Assembly: GCA_964647865.1 (NCBI GenBank)
Contig: CAZYJK010000001.1
Coordinates: forward strand, 1-49,808
Source: an uncultured Veillonellaceae bacterium
Lineage (GTDB): Bacteria > Bacillota > Negativicutes > UBA1444
Length of the DNA stretch: 49,808 bases
Reading direction: 5' to 3'
The notes below the pieces were generated by a model. That model was not told where the DNA came from and did not search any database. It worked only from the letters and a program-made list of their open reading frames with translations. Of this stretch, positions 26,308 to 35,397 are shown piece after piece. A program made the translations under genes and the position numbers. Position 1 is the first letter of the stretch, and each line of letters opens with the position of its first letter.

Positions 26308-26721
26308 TTAAATCCTCCCCCTGTGTTGTCGCAGGTGACGCAAAGCCAGTGGCGGTGCAATGATTTCAGCCCACACAAGTCCTTGCATCGCCTGACCGGG
26401 GTCCAGTCCCCAAACGGATTGAGTCTCGATTTCTCCTCCAGTGATTTCGTTTACCGGTGCAGTCATCTTAACTCCCCAATCCGGGTCGCCTTCGTCGCCG
26501 GCCGTTCCTTCTTCCTGTACGGCATATAGCGGCATCGGCGGCGGTTTCATGCCGCGCGACAATTCGCCGGGAATGCCGGGAGCTGAAGGATATTGACCAG
26601 TTGGCGGCGTTGGCGCCGGAAAGTCGGGGTACTGATAAGGCTTTTTCTTTTTCAGTCGTTTAAGCAGTTCAGGAACAACATAAACCACAATCATCAGGAC
26701 AATAAATAACCCGATGTCCAT
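26308..26721 (-). CDS. small membrane-anchored Pro-rich hypothetical protein, in the position of Bacillus yqfB
   Basis: 137 aa with the N-terminal TM helix MDIGLFIVLMIVVYVV, a K-rich stop-transfer, then a P-rich linker. It lies immediately downstream of floA. No motif recognised. Confidence 0.55.
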   Translation of the reverse strand: MDIGLFIVLMIVVYVVPELLKRLKKKKPYQYPDFPAPTPPTGQYPSAPGIPGELSRGMKPPPMPLYAVQEEGTAGDEGDPDWGVKMTAPVNEITGGEIETQSVWGLDPGQAMQGLVWAEIIAPPLALRHLRQHRGRI

Positions 26722-26730
26722 AGTGAGCTC

Positions 26731-27729
26731 CTAACGTTTCGGTTCTTCAGGTTTAATCGAAACTGGACTCGATTTGGCAATATTCTCGCGCATCCCGGTA
26801 TCAGCCAGGATATTGTTCATGTTGTAATAATCCATGACCCCGAGTTTCCCCTCGCGTAGCGCCTGGGCCAATGCCTGGGGCACCTCCGCCTGCGCCTCAA
26901 CAACTTTCGCCTGCATCTCCTGGGTACGGGCCCGCATTTCCTGTTCATGGGCCACAGCCATTGCACGGCGTTCTTCGGCCTTCGCCTGAGCGACTTTCTT
27001 CTCTGCTTCCGCTTGGTCAGTCATCAGTTGCGCGCCGATATTGCGACCTACATCAACGTCAGCAATATCGATCGACAAAATTTCGAAAGCGGTTCCGGCA
27101 TCGAGCCCTTTGGACAACACCGTACGCGAGATATGATCCGGGTTTTCGAGCACATCTTTGTGATCGACAGCCGAACCGACACTGGTGACGATTCCTTCGC
27201 CAACACGGGCAATAATGGTCTGTTCGCCTGCGCCGCCGACCAATCGGTCGATATTGGTCCGTACCGTAACCCGGGCCTTGACCTTGAGTTCAATGCCATT
27301 CTTGGCAACTGCCGATACCACCGGTGTTTCAATCACGCGAGGATTTACGCTCATCTGGACCGCTTCCAACACATTTCGGCCAGCCAGATCAATCGCGCAG
27401 GAACGCTCCAGCGACAAGGGGATTTGCGCCCGGGCCGCCGCGATCATCGAATCGATTACCCGGTCGACATTGCCGCCGGCCAGATAATGCGCTTCCAATT
27501 GGTTGACATTGATATCCAGTCCCGCTTTATTCGCCTTGATCAGCGGCATTACAATCTGTCCCGGCGGAACCCGGCGCAAACGCATACCGATCAAAGTAAA
27601 TATCCCCACGCTGGACCCTGCCGCCATCGCGGATATCCAAAGCCCCAATGGTACAAAATGCAGAAAAATCGCCACCGCAATAAAAAAAGCAACCAGAATG
27701 ATCAAACTACCGACAAGTGTTGTTACCAT
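26731..27729 (-). CDS. floA: flotillin-like protein FloA (YqfA family)
   Basis: ...[27 protein letters not shown]...[28 protein letters not shown]...[13 protein letters not shown]...[17 protein letters not shown] is near-colinear with B. subtilis FloA as I recall it. Confidence 0.93.
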   Translation of the reverse strand: MVTTLVGSLIILVAFFIAVAIFLHFVPLGLWISAMAAGSSVGIFTLIGMRLRRVPPGQIVMPLIKANKAGLDINVNQLEAHYLAGGNVDRVIDSMIAAARAQIPLSLERSCAIDLAGRNVLEAVQMSVNPRVIETPVVSAVAKNGIELKVKARVTVRTNIDRLVGGAGEQTIIARVGEGIVTSVGSAVDHKDVLENPDHISRTVLSKGLDAGTAFEILSIDIADVDVGRNIGAQLMTDQAEAEKKVAQAKAEERRAMAVAHEQEMRARTQEMQAKVVEAQAEVPQALAQALREGKLGVMDYYNMNNILADTGMRENIAKSSPVSIKPEEPKR

Positions 27730-27760
27730 AATACTTTCCTCCTCATTTCGTTAACGTACT

Positions 27761-29068
27761 TCACTCTTCAATCGCCCGGACCACGACCCGGCTCCCCTGG
27801 ACCCCGAGAACTTTCACCCTGACGCCGGGCTCGATGAACCGGCCTTCGGAGACCACATCCAGCACCTTTTCCCCAATCCGGACTGCCCCTGCCGGCCTGA
27901 GCAAGGTCAGAACCACACCCTCCTGTCCAATCAGTTGGGTCAGGTCTTCACTTGCAGTATACCCCTGTTCCGTCCTCAACTCGTTTCGCAAGACCAGACG
28001 TTTCCAAAGTCCGGAAGACGGCAGATACTTCAATATGAACAAGAACGCCACCACTGCGGCAACAGTCCCTGAAGCCATGATGCTCAGGGCGGAGACGCCG
28101 CCGCCGAGTGTCATGAACAGACTGAACAATATGCTGGCAATACCGGCAATACCAAACAAACCAAACCCTGGCACGAAAAACTCAATCGCCAGTAATACCA
28201 AGCCTGCCAAAAACAACAGCACTTCGACCCATGTCGCCACGCCGGTAACCCATTGCGAACCAAAAAACATCGCTGTTGCAACAAGTCCGATCAAAGCGGC
28301 GACTCCGGTTCCTGCCGTTTTCACTTCCGTCATCACGGCCAGAAATATAATCCCCACCAATGCCGATTTTACGACCGGGTCGGACAACCAACCGGCAATC
28401 CGTTCCTGCCAACCGCCCTGCACCTCCAACACCGGCGCATCCTGCAGCCCAAAATGCTTCAACACGTCTGCCCGGTCAGCAGCCACCAAATCGGCATATC
28501 CCACTTCCATCGCCTGTGAATCTGTCAGCGACAGGATTTTTCCAGGTGCTGCATATTTTTCATAGCCCAGCGACTTATCCACCATTGCTTCCGCCACCCG
28601 GGGATTCCGTCCCATTTTTGCCGCAGTAGCTGCAAATTCAGCCCGAACCGCCGCCACAGTCTTTTCTGTCGTCGGAATCGGCTCTGCCGCGCCGATTGTT
28701 CCGCCAGGCGCAATCGCGATATGTCGGTGCGAAATCGCAACCAGCGCTCCGGCCGACCAAGCGCGGTTCTTGACGTAACAAATCGTTTTCAGCTTTGAGT
28801 CACTGATCATATCACGGATTTTAACCGCCGCATCGACCTGGCCGCCGAATGTTTCGATTTCCACCAGCAAGGCGCCGGCTTTTTTTGCAGTCGCTTCATT
28901 GATCGCCTTGAAGATCAACGCAGTCTGTCCTGCGTCAATTTCACCACGAATACCAACCACAACCACCGGAGCTGCCGCCGCACTTCCCACGGACAATCCG
29001 GCTGCCAGCATGGTAGCGAATAAAAGAAACATGCATAGGATGTTCATCGTTTTTTGCCTGCCGCTCAT
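27761..29068 (-). CDS. NfeD family membrane-bound ClpP-class serine protease (YqeZ-like)
   Basis: A start at ATG 29068 (GAGGAG upstream) gives a signal/TM segment, then ...VVGIRGEIDAGQ...ETFGGQVDAA...AWSAGALV..., a ClpP-like domain. TM helices and a C-terminal NfeD OB domain ...GVVLTLLRPAGAVRIGEKVLDVVSEG.FIE.G..V follow. Confidence 0.85.
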   Translation of the reverse strand: MSGRQKTMNILCMFLLFATMLAAGLSVGSAAAAPVVVVGIRGEIDAGQTALIFKAINEATAKKAGALLVEIETFGGQVDAAVKIRDMISDSKLKTICYVKNRAWSAGALVAISHRHIAIAPGGTIGAAEPIPTTEKTVAAVRAEFAATAAKMGRNPRVAEAMVDKSLGYEKYAAPGKILSLTDSQAMEVGYADLVAADRADVLKHFGLQDAPVLEVQGGWQERIAGWLSDPVVKSALVGIIFLAVMTEVKTAGTGVAALIGLVATAMFFGSQWVTGVATWVEVLLFLAGLVLLAIEFFVPGFGLFGIAGIASILFSLFMTLGGGVSALSIMASGTVAAVVAFLFILKYLPSSGLWKRLVLRNELRTEQGYTASEDLTQLIGQEGVVLTLLRPAGAVRIGEKVLDVVSEGRFIEPGVRVKVLGVQGSRVVVRAIEE

Positions 29069-29175
29069 GCCACCGCTCCTCAATTGCCATTCTTCGATTC
29101 TATGGCTAACTGTATATATTCGCTGTCTGGACAAACATTCCTGTTTTAGCGAGGGAAAACCTGTCGAACAGTGTG

Positions 29176-29212
29176 AAAAAAACCGGCGTCCCTCGGAACG
29201 CCGGTTTTTTTT
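29176..29212. terminator. bidirectional rho-independent terminator (ends the rpsU-yqeY unit on the minus strand)
   Basis: aaaaaaaccggcgt - ccctcgga - acgccggtttttttt: a 7-bp GC core extended by an A7/T8 pairing run. Confidence 0.8.
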
Positions 29213-29235
29213 GAATTTCAAACATCGATGACTTA

Positions 29236-29685
29236 TTAACTTAACAACTCTTTGACAATTGAGTTCACGAGTTTCCCGTCAGCCCGGCCTTTGACTTTTG
29301 GCATCAAAAGAGCCATCACTTTCCCCATGTCTTTAGCGCTTGCCGCCTGTGCATCAGCAACCGCCTGCGTAACCAAGGCCCGGACTTCCGCTTCACTCAT
29401 CTGTTCCGGCAAATATTCCATCAAAATGGCGATTTCCTGCTCCAGCACAGCCAGTAACTCAGGGCGCCCCGCTTTACGAAACTCATCAAGCGAATCGCGT
29501 CGCATCTTGACTTCTTTTGCCACAACATCCAACAGCTCGTTGTCGTCAAGCTCTTTACGCCGATCGATTTCGACATTTTTAGCAGCGGATCGGACCATAC
29601 GAATGACAGACAATTTAAGCTTGCCTGCTTCCTTATCCTTCATCGCCTGTTTCATGTCTTCTGTCAACCGGTCCCTGAGTGTCAT
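29236..29685 (-). CDS. yqeY: GatB/YqeY domain protein
   Basis: MTLRDRLTEDMKQAMKDKEAGKLKLSVIRMVRSAAKNVEIDRRKELDDNELLDVVAKEVKMRRDS matches the YqeY family. It is adjacent to rpsU as in Bacillus. Confidence 0.88.
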   Translation of the reverse strand: MTLRDRLTEDMKQAMKDKEAGKLKLSVIRMVRSAAKNVEIDRRKELDDNELLDVVAKEVKMRRDSLDEFRKAGRPELLAVLEQEIAILMEYLPEQMSEAEVRALVTQAVADAQAASAKDMGKVMALLMPKVKGRADGKLVNSIVKELLS

Positions 29686-29700
29686 CGCAATTCCTCCGAA

Positions 29701-29877
29701 TTACTTGAACTTCCGCTTGCGTGCAGCTTCGGACTTTTTCTTCTTCTTCACGCTCGGTTTGTCATAGTGTTCGTGTTTGCGTACATCAGCCAATACCCCG
29801 GCTTTCTGACAGGAGCGTTTGAACCGGCGCAGCGCGCTATCCAATGTTTCATTCTTTCCTACATGGACTTCCGACAA
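29701..29877 (-). CDS. rpsU: 30S ribosomal protein S21
   Basis: A start at TTG 29877 (GGAGGGAGGGAG upstream) gives 58 aa: (M)[57 protein letters not shown]. The track N-terminal extension is rejected. Confidence 0.9.
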   Translation of the reverse strand: MSEVHVGKNETLDSALRRFKRSCQKAGVLADVRKHEHYDKPSVKKKKKSEAARKRKFK

Positions 29878-29935
29878 TTGTTCTCCCTCCCTCCACATCA
29901 GCCTTCGGGGAGTGTAACGGGTTCTTACCAGCAGA

Positions 29936-29965
29936 ATTATACACGACAACAAGGGTCCTTGTCAA
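29936..29965 (-). promoter_or_regulatory. near-consensus sigma-70 promoter for rpsU (TTGACA-N18-TATAAT)
   Basis: The minus strand reads TTGACA (29960-29965), an 18-nt spacer, then TATAAT (29936-29941), about 55 nt upstream of the rpsU start. Confidence 0.7.
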
Positions 29966-29966
29966 A

Positions 29967-30797
29967 CTAACGTCGAAAATTCCATGCTTTGACGCCATAT
30001 TTATGTTTTACCAGTTCGTCGATGCAGCTGAGTTCGGATTCCGTCCACACATCCGCTTGGAAACGCAAGTCGCATTGCGCTTCAAATCCAGCCCGTATGG
30101 CAACCGCCACATCCGCCGGATCGATCGGCCTGCCGAGGACTTCGTCAAGTCCGATTGCCTTTTCCGCCAGTTCCAGCGCCAGCATTTCGTCGCGGTCAGT
30201 TTTCGCTGACTGCAATACCGCAGCCATCCGTTCCGGCTGCAGAGACAACAAGATGGAACCATGCTGCAACAAAACGCCCTCGCGGCGAACCTGCGCACTG
30301 CCCACCAGTTTTTTACCGGCAACAGTGATCTCATAATGCGACGGCGCGTCAAAACAGGCGGCCGAAGCATGCGACCGGGGCTTACCTCTTTGCGACTCCG
30401 GCGACTTCATCTCGGCAGCTATCCCCAGTCTCGCCAATCCGGCCATGATCGCCCGGCTAAAAAAACGATACGATTCGGTTACCGTGGTTGGGATGTAGGG
30501 TTCATTTTCTCTGACCACCAGACTGTACGTCAGTTCCTGTTCATGCAGTACCGCCCTTCCACCGGTCAATCGTCGGACAATGTCAATGCCAAGCTTTCGA
30601 CAAACTTCCTGGTCGATTTCCGTGGCAAGTCTTTGGAAATAGCCGATGCTGACTGCCGGTGGATTCCAGCCATAAAAGCGCAATGTAGGCCGGCCTGTTT
30701 CACTTTGGCAGCCAATCAGCATTGCCTCATCGGCCGCCATGTTCCAGGCGGCCGATGAGGGTTGGTCCTGTAGTAATCGCCAAGTCGGCATCGTCAT
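29967..30797 (-). CDS. lipM: lipoate-protein ligase family protein, LipM-like octanoyltransferase
   Basis: ...WRLLQDQPSSAAWNMAADEAML...LRFYGWNPPAVSIGYFQ...VRRLTGGRAVLHEQELTYSLVV...ACFDAPSHYEI.V.GKKLVGSAQ parallels B. subtilis LipM, including the Cys and Lys region. It is the last gene of the gcv operon. Confidence 0.75.
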   Translation of the reverse strand: MTMPTWRLLQDQPSSAAWNMAADEAMLIGCQSETGRPTLRFYGWNPPAVSIGYFQRLATEIDQEVCRKLGIDIVRRLTGGRAVLHEQELTYSLVVRENEPYIPTTVTESYRFFSRAIMAGLARLGIAAEMKSPESQRGKPRSHASAACFDAPSHYEITVAGKKLVGSAQVRREGVLLQHGSILLSLQPERMAAVLQSAKTDRDEMLALELAEKAIGLDEVLGRPIDPADVAVAIRAGFEAQCDLRFQADVWTESELSCIDELVKHKYGVKAWNFRR

Positions 30798-30799
30798 TC

Positions 30800-32260
30800 T
30801 CAGGCGGGCTTCCAGCGCAGATTCGGTTTTCTCGCTGCAGCCGCTTCATCCAGCCGGCCTACAACCGTTGTCGTCGGGGCCTGAGTAATCAACGCAGGAT
30901 TTTCCTCGGCCTCTCGCGCTATCTGCCGCATTATCCCGACAAAAGCATCCAGGGTTTCTTTGCTTTCCGTTTCGGTCGGTTCAATCATCAATGCCTCCGC
31001 AACAATCAGCGGGAAATAGATGGTTGGCGGATGAACCCCGTAATCTAGCAATCGTTTGGCGATATCCAGCGTCCGGATCCCTTTGGCATTTTGTTTTTGC
31101 GATGTCAGAACGCATTCATGCATGCAGTGTCTGGCAAAAGGCGCATGGTAAACATCGCGCAGCCGGGCCAGGCAATAATTTGCGTTCAGCACTGCATCTT
31201 CGCTGACTTGACGTAGCCCTGCCGCACCCATGGTCAAAATATAGGCATAGGCTCGGATCAGAATGCCAAAATTGCCGTAAAAAGAATGCATCCGGCCAAT
31301 CGACAACGGCCTGTCTTCGGCGAAACAGTAAATCCCGTCCGCCGTTTGCGTTACAACGGGAATCGGCAAGAACGGCTCGAGAATCTTCTTGACGCCAACC
31401 GGTCCGGCGCCGGGTCCACCGCCGCCATGCGGCGTACTGAAAGTTTTGTGCAGGTTGAAATGGATCACGTCAAATCCCATATCGCCCGGCCTGGTCAGGC
31501 CCATTATCGCATTGGCATTGGCTCCGTCGTAATATACCAGACCACCGGCGGCGTGAACGATTTCAGTCACTGCACAGATGTTTTTTTCAAACAGCCCCAA
31601 CGTACTGGGATTGGTCAGCATCAGCGCCGCTGTGTCCGAATTTACGGCAGCACGCAAAGCATCCAGGTCGATAGCGCCATCGGGATGCGATTTGATTTCG
31701 ACGGTTTCCATGCCGCAGACACTTACCGTAGCCGGATTCGTTCCATGCGCCGAATCCGGTACGATCACGCGGATGCGGTTTTCCTCACCCCGATTGCGAT
31801 GATAAGCCCGAATCAGTTTCAACCCGGTCAATTCGCCCTGCGCACCGGCAACCGGCTGCAACGTCACCGCATCCATGCCAGAAATTTCTGCAAGCATCTG
31901 TTGCAATTCAAACATCAGCTGCAACGCGCCCTGCGTGTCACGAAAATCCTCCAACGGGTGCAGCCCGGACCAACCCGGCAAGGCAGCAACATCTTCGTTA
32001 ACTTTCGGATTGTATTTCATCGTACAGGATCCTAACGGGTAAAATCCCGAATCGACGCCAAAAGTCCGTTGCGACAGTTCTGTGAAGTGACGGACGAGGT
32101 CAAGCTGACTGACCTCCGGGAGTGCAGCAGGCTCGCTACGCAGATAGGCGGCGGGAATCAGTTTTTCGATCTGCTGCTCCGGCACGTCCGATTGCGGCAA
32201 ATCAAGCGCCAGTCGCCCCGGTCGGCTCAATTCAAAAATCAAAGCGGCGGAACTTCTCAT
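30800..32260 (-). CDS. gcvPB: glycine dehydrogenase (aminomethyl-transferring) subunit 2
   Basis: ...IFELSRPGR...[13 protein letters not shown]...[19 protein letters not shown]... includes the PLP-Lys region. Length 486 aa. Confidence 0.95.
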   Translation of the reverse strand: MRSSAALIFELSRPGRLALDLPQSDVPEQQIEKLIPAAYLRSEPAALPEVSQLDLVRHFTELSQRTFGVDSGFYPLGSCTMKYNPKVNEDVAALPGWSGLHPLEDFRDTQGALQLMFELQQMLAEISGMDAVTLQPVAGAQGELTGLKLIRAYHRNRGEENRIRVIVPDSAHGTNPATVSVCGMETVEIKSHPDGAIDLDALRAAVNSDTAALMLTNPSTLGLFEKNICAVTEIVHAAGGLVYYDGANANAIMGLTRPGDMGFDVIHFNLHKTFSTPHGGGGPGAGPVGVKKILEPFLPIPVVTQTADGIYCFAEDRPLSIGRMHSFYGNFGILIRAYAYILTMGAAGLRQVSEDAVLNANYCLARLRDVYHAPFARHCMHECVLTSQKQNAKGIRTLDIAKRLLDYGVHPPTIYFPLIVAEALMIEPTETESKETLDAFVGIMRQIAREAEENPALITQAPTTTVVGRLDEAAAARKPNLRWKPA

Positions 32261-33609
32261 ACCGACACCTCTTTCAGCAATCCTGCCAGTAAATCGATTT
32301 CTTCGCGCGTCCGTTTTTCTGTCACGGCCGTCAACATACAGCCAGCAAGTTCGGGGTAATAGCAGCCAAGATCAAGTCCGGCAACCACACCGGCCTCCCG
32401 TAGCTCTTCATTTATTTCGCGCGGCGATAACGGGCAACGAACGACAAATTCATTGAAAACCGGCTGGTCAAAGACTGGGCTGAAACCAGCAATCTTCGCG
32501 ATTGTCTGCCTCGCATAATGTGCTTTCTGCAGGCAGAGCTCCGCGACCTGACGCAAGCCCTGCTTGCCCAGAGCGGATAGATACACCGCGACCGCCAGCG
32601 AACACAAGGCTTCATTGGAGCAAATGTTTGACGTTGCCTTATCTCTGCGGATATGTTGCTCACGAGCCTGAATGGTCAGCACGAAACCGCGCGTCCCGTC
32701 CTGGTCCACAGTCTGTCCTACGATGCGGCCCGGCGTGCGGCGCAGCCATTTGTCGCGCGTCGCCAGAAACCCGATGTATGGGCCGCCAAATGACAACGGC
32801 AGACCCAGCGACTGCGCTTCACCTATCACAATATCCGCGCCCAGGGCGCCCGGCGCTTCCAACACACCCAGGGAAATCGGATTCACTGCGGTAATCAACA
32901 GCGCGCCCTGTTTTTGCGCGATTTCGCCAATACCCCGCAAATCTTCCAGACAACCGAAAAAATTCGGCGTCTGACAGATAACGGCAGCCGTGTTGTCGGT
33001 AACTAGCCTGGAGAGTTCCGCCAGGTTACTTACGCCGTCAAGATAATCAACCGTCAGGATTTTCATCCCACGATCCCGTGCGTAGGTTGCCAAAACGTCG
33101 CGCCAATGCGGATGCACCGTCCGTGAAACCAGCACCTCGCTTCGACCGGTAATCCCGCAGGCCATCATGGCCGCCTCAGCCATCGCCGTCGCCCCGTCAT
33201 AAAGTGAAGTCACCGCCATTTCCATGCCGGTCAACAGACAAATCAGGCTTTGATACTCCCAGAGGGCCTGCAGATATCCCTGAGCAATCTCCGGTTGATA
33301 CTGGGTGTAGGCGGTCAGGAACTCACTGCGACCGACAAGATGCCCGACCACGCTGGGAATATAATGGTCATAAGCACCTGCACCAAGAAAACATAGCGTC
33401 TGTTCATAGTCCCGGTCTTTCATCGCCAGTGTCTGCAAGTGTTCCCGCAGCTCCATCTCCGATAACGGCGGCGGCAGACGAAGCGGACGGCGCAAGCGCA
33501 CTTCCTGCGGAATATCGGCAAACAGTTCTTCTACTCCGGCAACACCGATCGTTTCCAACATCGCAAGCCGGTCTTGCGGGGTGTGCGGCAGATAACTCCA
33601 GCGGGTCAC
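32257..33609 (-). CDS. gcvPA: glycine dehydrogenase (aminomethyl-transferring) subunit 1
   Basis: ...[18 protein letters not shown]...[15 protein letters not shown]...[13 protein letters not shown]... matches GcvPA. I chose GTG 33609, just after the gcvH stop; the track start at 33654 would overlap gcvH. Confidence 0.92.
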   Translation of the reverse strand: MTRWSYLPHTPQDRLAMLETIGVAGVEELFADIPQEVRLRRPLRLPPPLSEMELREHLQTLAMKDRDYEQTLCFLGAGAYDHYIPSVVGHLVGRSEFLTAYTQYQPEIAQGYLQALWEYQSLICLLTGMEMAVTSLYDGATAMAEAAMMACGITGRSEVLVSRTVHPHWRDVLATYARDRGMKILTVDYLDGVSNLAELSRLVTDNTAAVICQTPNFFGCLEDLRGIGEIAQKQGALLITAVNPISLGVLEAPGALGADIVIGEAQSLGLPLSFGGPYIGFLATRDKWLRRTPGRIVGQTVDQDGTRGFVLTIQAREQHIRRDKATSNICSNEALCSLAVAVYLSALGKQGLRQVAELCLQKAHYARQTIAKIAGFSPVFDQPVFNEFVVRCPLSPREINEELREAGVVAGLDLGCYYPELAGCMLTAVTEKRTREEIDLLAGLLKEVSV

Positions 33610-33610
33610 C

Positions 33611-34006
33611 TTAGTGGCCCCCTTTCGCCACCTGATCCGCGTAGGCCGTGTCATCCATCAACTCTGCCAGTTGGCTGCCATCGGACATTTCAATCACGGC
33701 AATCCAGCCTTCGCCATAAGGAGCTTGATTGATTCTTTCCGGCGCATCGTTTAATCCGTCATTAACCGCAACTATTTTTCCGCTGACCGGTGAAAAGATG
33801 TCCGAAACAGCCTTTACCGACTCGACGACTGAAAACCGTTTTCCGGCAACGACTGTCGCTCCCGGCTCCGGCAACTCGACAAACACGATGTCGCCCAACT
33901 GCGACTGCGCATAATCAGAAATCCCCACGACAGCATTGTTGCCTTCGACCCGGACCCATTCATGTTCTTTGGAATACTTCAAATTGTTTGGAATCAGCAT
34001 TTTCAA
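33611..34006 (-). CDS. gcvH: glycine cleavage system protein H
   Basis: ...[40 protein letters not shown]......[13 protein letters not shown] carries the lipoyl-Lys in the ESVK motif. Confidence 0.95.
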   Translation of the reverse strand: MKMLIPNNLKYSKEHEWVRVEGNNAVVGISDYAQSQLGDIVFVELPEPGATVVAGKRFSVVESVKAVSDIFSPVSGKIVAVNDGLNDAPERINQAPYGEGWIAVIEMSDGSQLAELMDDTAYADQVAKGGH

Positions 34007-35103
34007 ATCCTCCTTCGATAAAATGGTCTGGCGATAATTTTTGCAGCAACCGGTTTTTCCCTGATTTCAATGGCAATTTCCGTCCCTGAGGGTCCAAGAT
34101 TGCGATCCACCAACGCCATCCCCAGGTTTTCCCCCAGGCTGGGTGCCACCGAACCTGAAGTCACAAAGCCTGCGACCTTCCCCTCATGAAGCACGGGGTA
34201 TCCGGCTCGCGCCACGCCGCGCTCCGTCATGGCGAACCCGATCAGTTTCCTGCCCCGCCCGGCTTCGCGCTGTTCCAGCAAAGCCTGCTTGCCGTTGAAA
34301 TCGGTTTTGTCAAAAACGACAAACTTGCCTAGCCCCGCTTCCAGCGGCGTAATATCGGCTGAAAGCTCATGTCCGTACAGCGGCATCGCCGCTTCAAAAC
34401 GCAAGGTATCACGACAACCAAGTCCAGCGGGTTGCAGACCGAATTCCGCACCGGCAACCAGGAGCGCATCCCATATCCTTGTCACTTCGCAAGGATGGCA
34501 ATAAATCTCGAATCCGTCCTCTCCGGTGTATCCTGTTCGCGACACTAGCACCGTCGCACCGGTGATATTCCAACGCGGCCAAAACTCATAATAGGCCAAT
34601 TCTGAGACATCCGCAGCAGAAATCTTTTCCAGGATTGCGGCGGCGAGCGGCCCCTGCAAGGCAATTTCCGCCGTTTCATCCGATTCATCAATCAGCCGCA
34701 CTGCAAAATCTGCCACGTTCTGATTCATCCAGGCAAAGTCCTTGTCTTTGTTCGAAGCATTGACAACCAGCCAAAACTCATCGTTCGCAATGCGATAAAT
34801 CAGGATATCATCCACCGTACCGCCATTTTGATAGCACATCGGCGAATAACGAACCTTGCCGGGCTGCAGGCTGGCGACGTCATTCGTCACCAACTTTTGC
34901 ATATACGCCTCGGCATCCTTGCCGACCACCCGGATTTCGCCCATATGCGAAACATCGAACAAACCGGCCCGCTGCCGTACCGCCCGATGCTCCTCCAATA
35001 TCCCTGCATACTGAACAGGTAACCACCAACCGTTGAAATCGACCATCCGGGCGCCTAGCGCCACATGGGAGTCATACAGTGCCGTCTTGCGCGGTTCAGT
35101 CAC
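34003..35103 (-). CDS. gcvT: glycine cleavage system aminomethyltransferase T
   Basis: ...[51 protein letters not shown]... matches GcvT. The start is GTG 35103 with GAGGAGGGG upstream. Confidence 0.95.
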   Translation of the reverse strand: MTEPRKTALYDSHVALGARMVDFNGWWLPVQYAGILEEHRAVRQRAGLFDVSHMGEIRVVGKDAEAYMQKLVTNDVASLQPGKVRYSPMCYQNGGTVDDILIYRIANDEFWLVVNASNKDKDFAWMNQNVADFAVRLIDESDETAEIALQGPLAAAILEKISAADVSELAYYEFWPRWNITGATVLVSRTGYTGEDGFEIYCHPCEVTRIWDALLVAGAEFGLQPAGLGCRDTLRFEAAMPLYGHELSADITPLEAGLGKFVVFDKTDFNGKQALLEQREAGRGRKLIGFAMTERGVARAGYPVLHEGKVAGFVTSGSVAPSLGENLGMALVDRNLGPSGTEIAIEIREKPVAAKIIARPFYRRRI

Positions 35104-35130
35104 ACCAACCCCTCCTCTTGTTAGAAATAG

Positions 35131-35327
35131 AAAAAGACAGGAAAAAATAAATCTTCCCTGTCTCTGTCTTGTCTACCTGAGAGATTTGCCCTGACGGGCT
35201 CCCCATCGGTGACGCCGTCCGACCTTGGCGGCGTTCTCTCCAGAGTCCGGTCCGATTGCGGTTCTTTTGCCTGAGAGTTTACCAGGTTAGCCTGCCCCTT
35301 CGGCGCCGCTGAAGCGGTCTCTTCCAC
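35131..35327 (-). promoter_or_regulatory. tandem glycine riboswitch (two aptamers) with a terminator expression platform, leader of the gcv operon
   Basis: Aptamer 1 on the minus strand: GGAAGAGACC...GGCGCCGAAGGGGCAGG...AAACUCUCAGGCAAAAGAACCGC. Aptamer 2: ACUCUGGAGAGAACGCC...GUCACCGAUGGGGAGC...AAUCUCUCAGGUAGACAAGACAGAG. Next comes the hairpin GACAGG...CCUGUC (35136-35162) plus UUUUU. Its 5' arm is shared with the end of aptamer 2. Confidence 0.9.
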
Positions 35328-35397
35328 AATCATCATTCCCGGTATTAAGTTTTCATTAGAATTAATTCGGCAGCCCTGACAAAAATCCTGCTTAATT

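Noticed and set aside
26947-28565. 291-aa and 243-aa plus-strand ORFs
   Set aside because: They are antisense to floA and nfeD, which are near-colinear with the Bacillus proteins. These are shadow ORFs.
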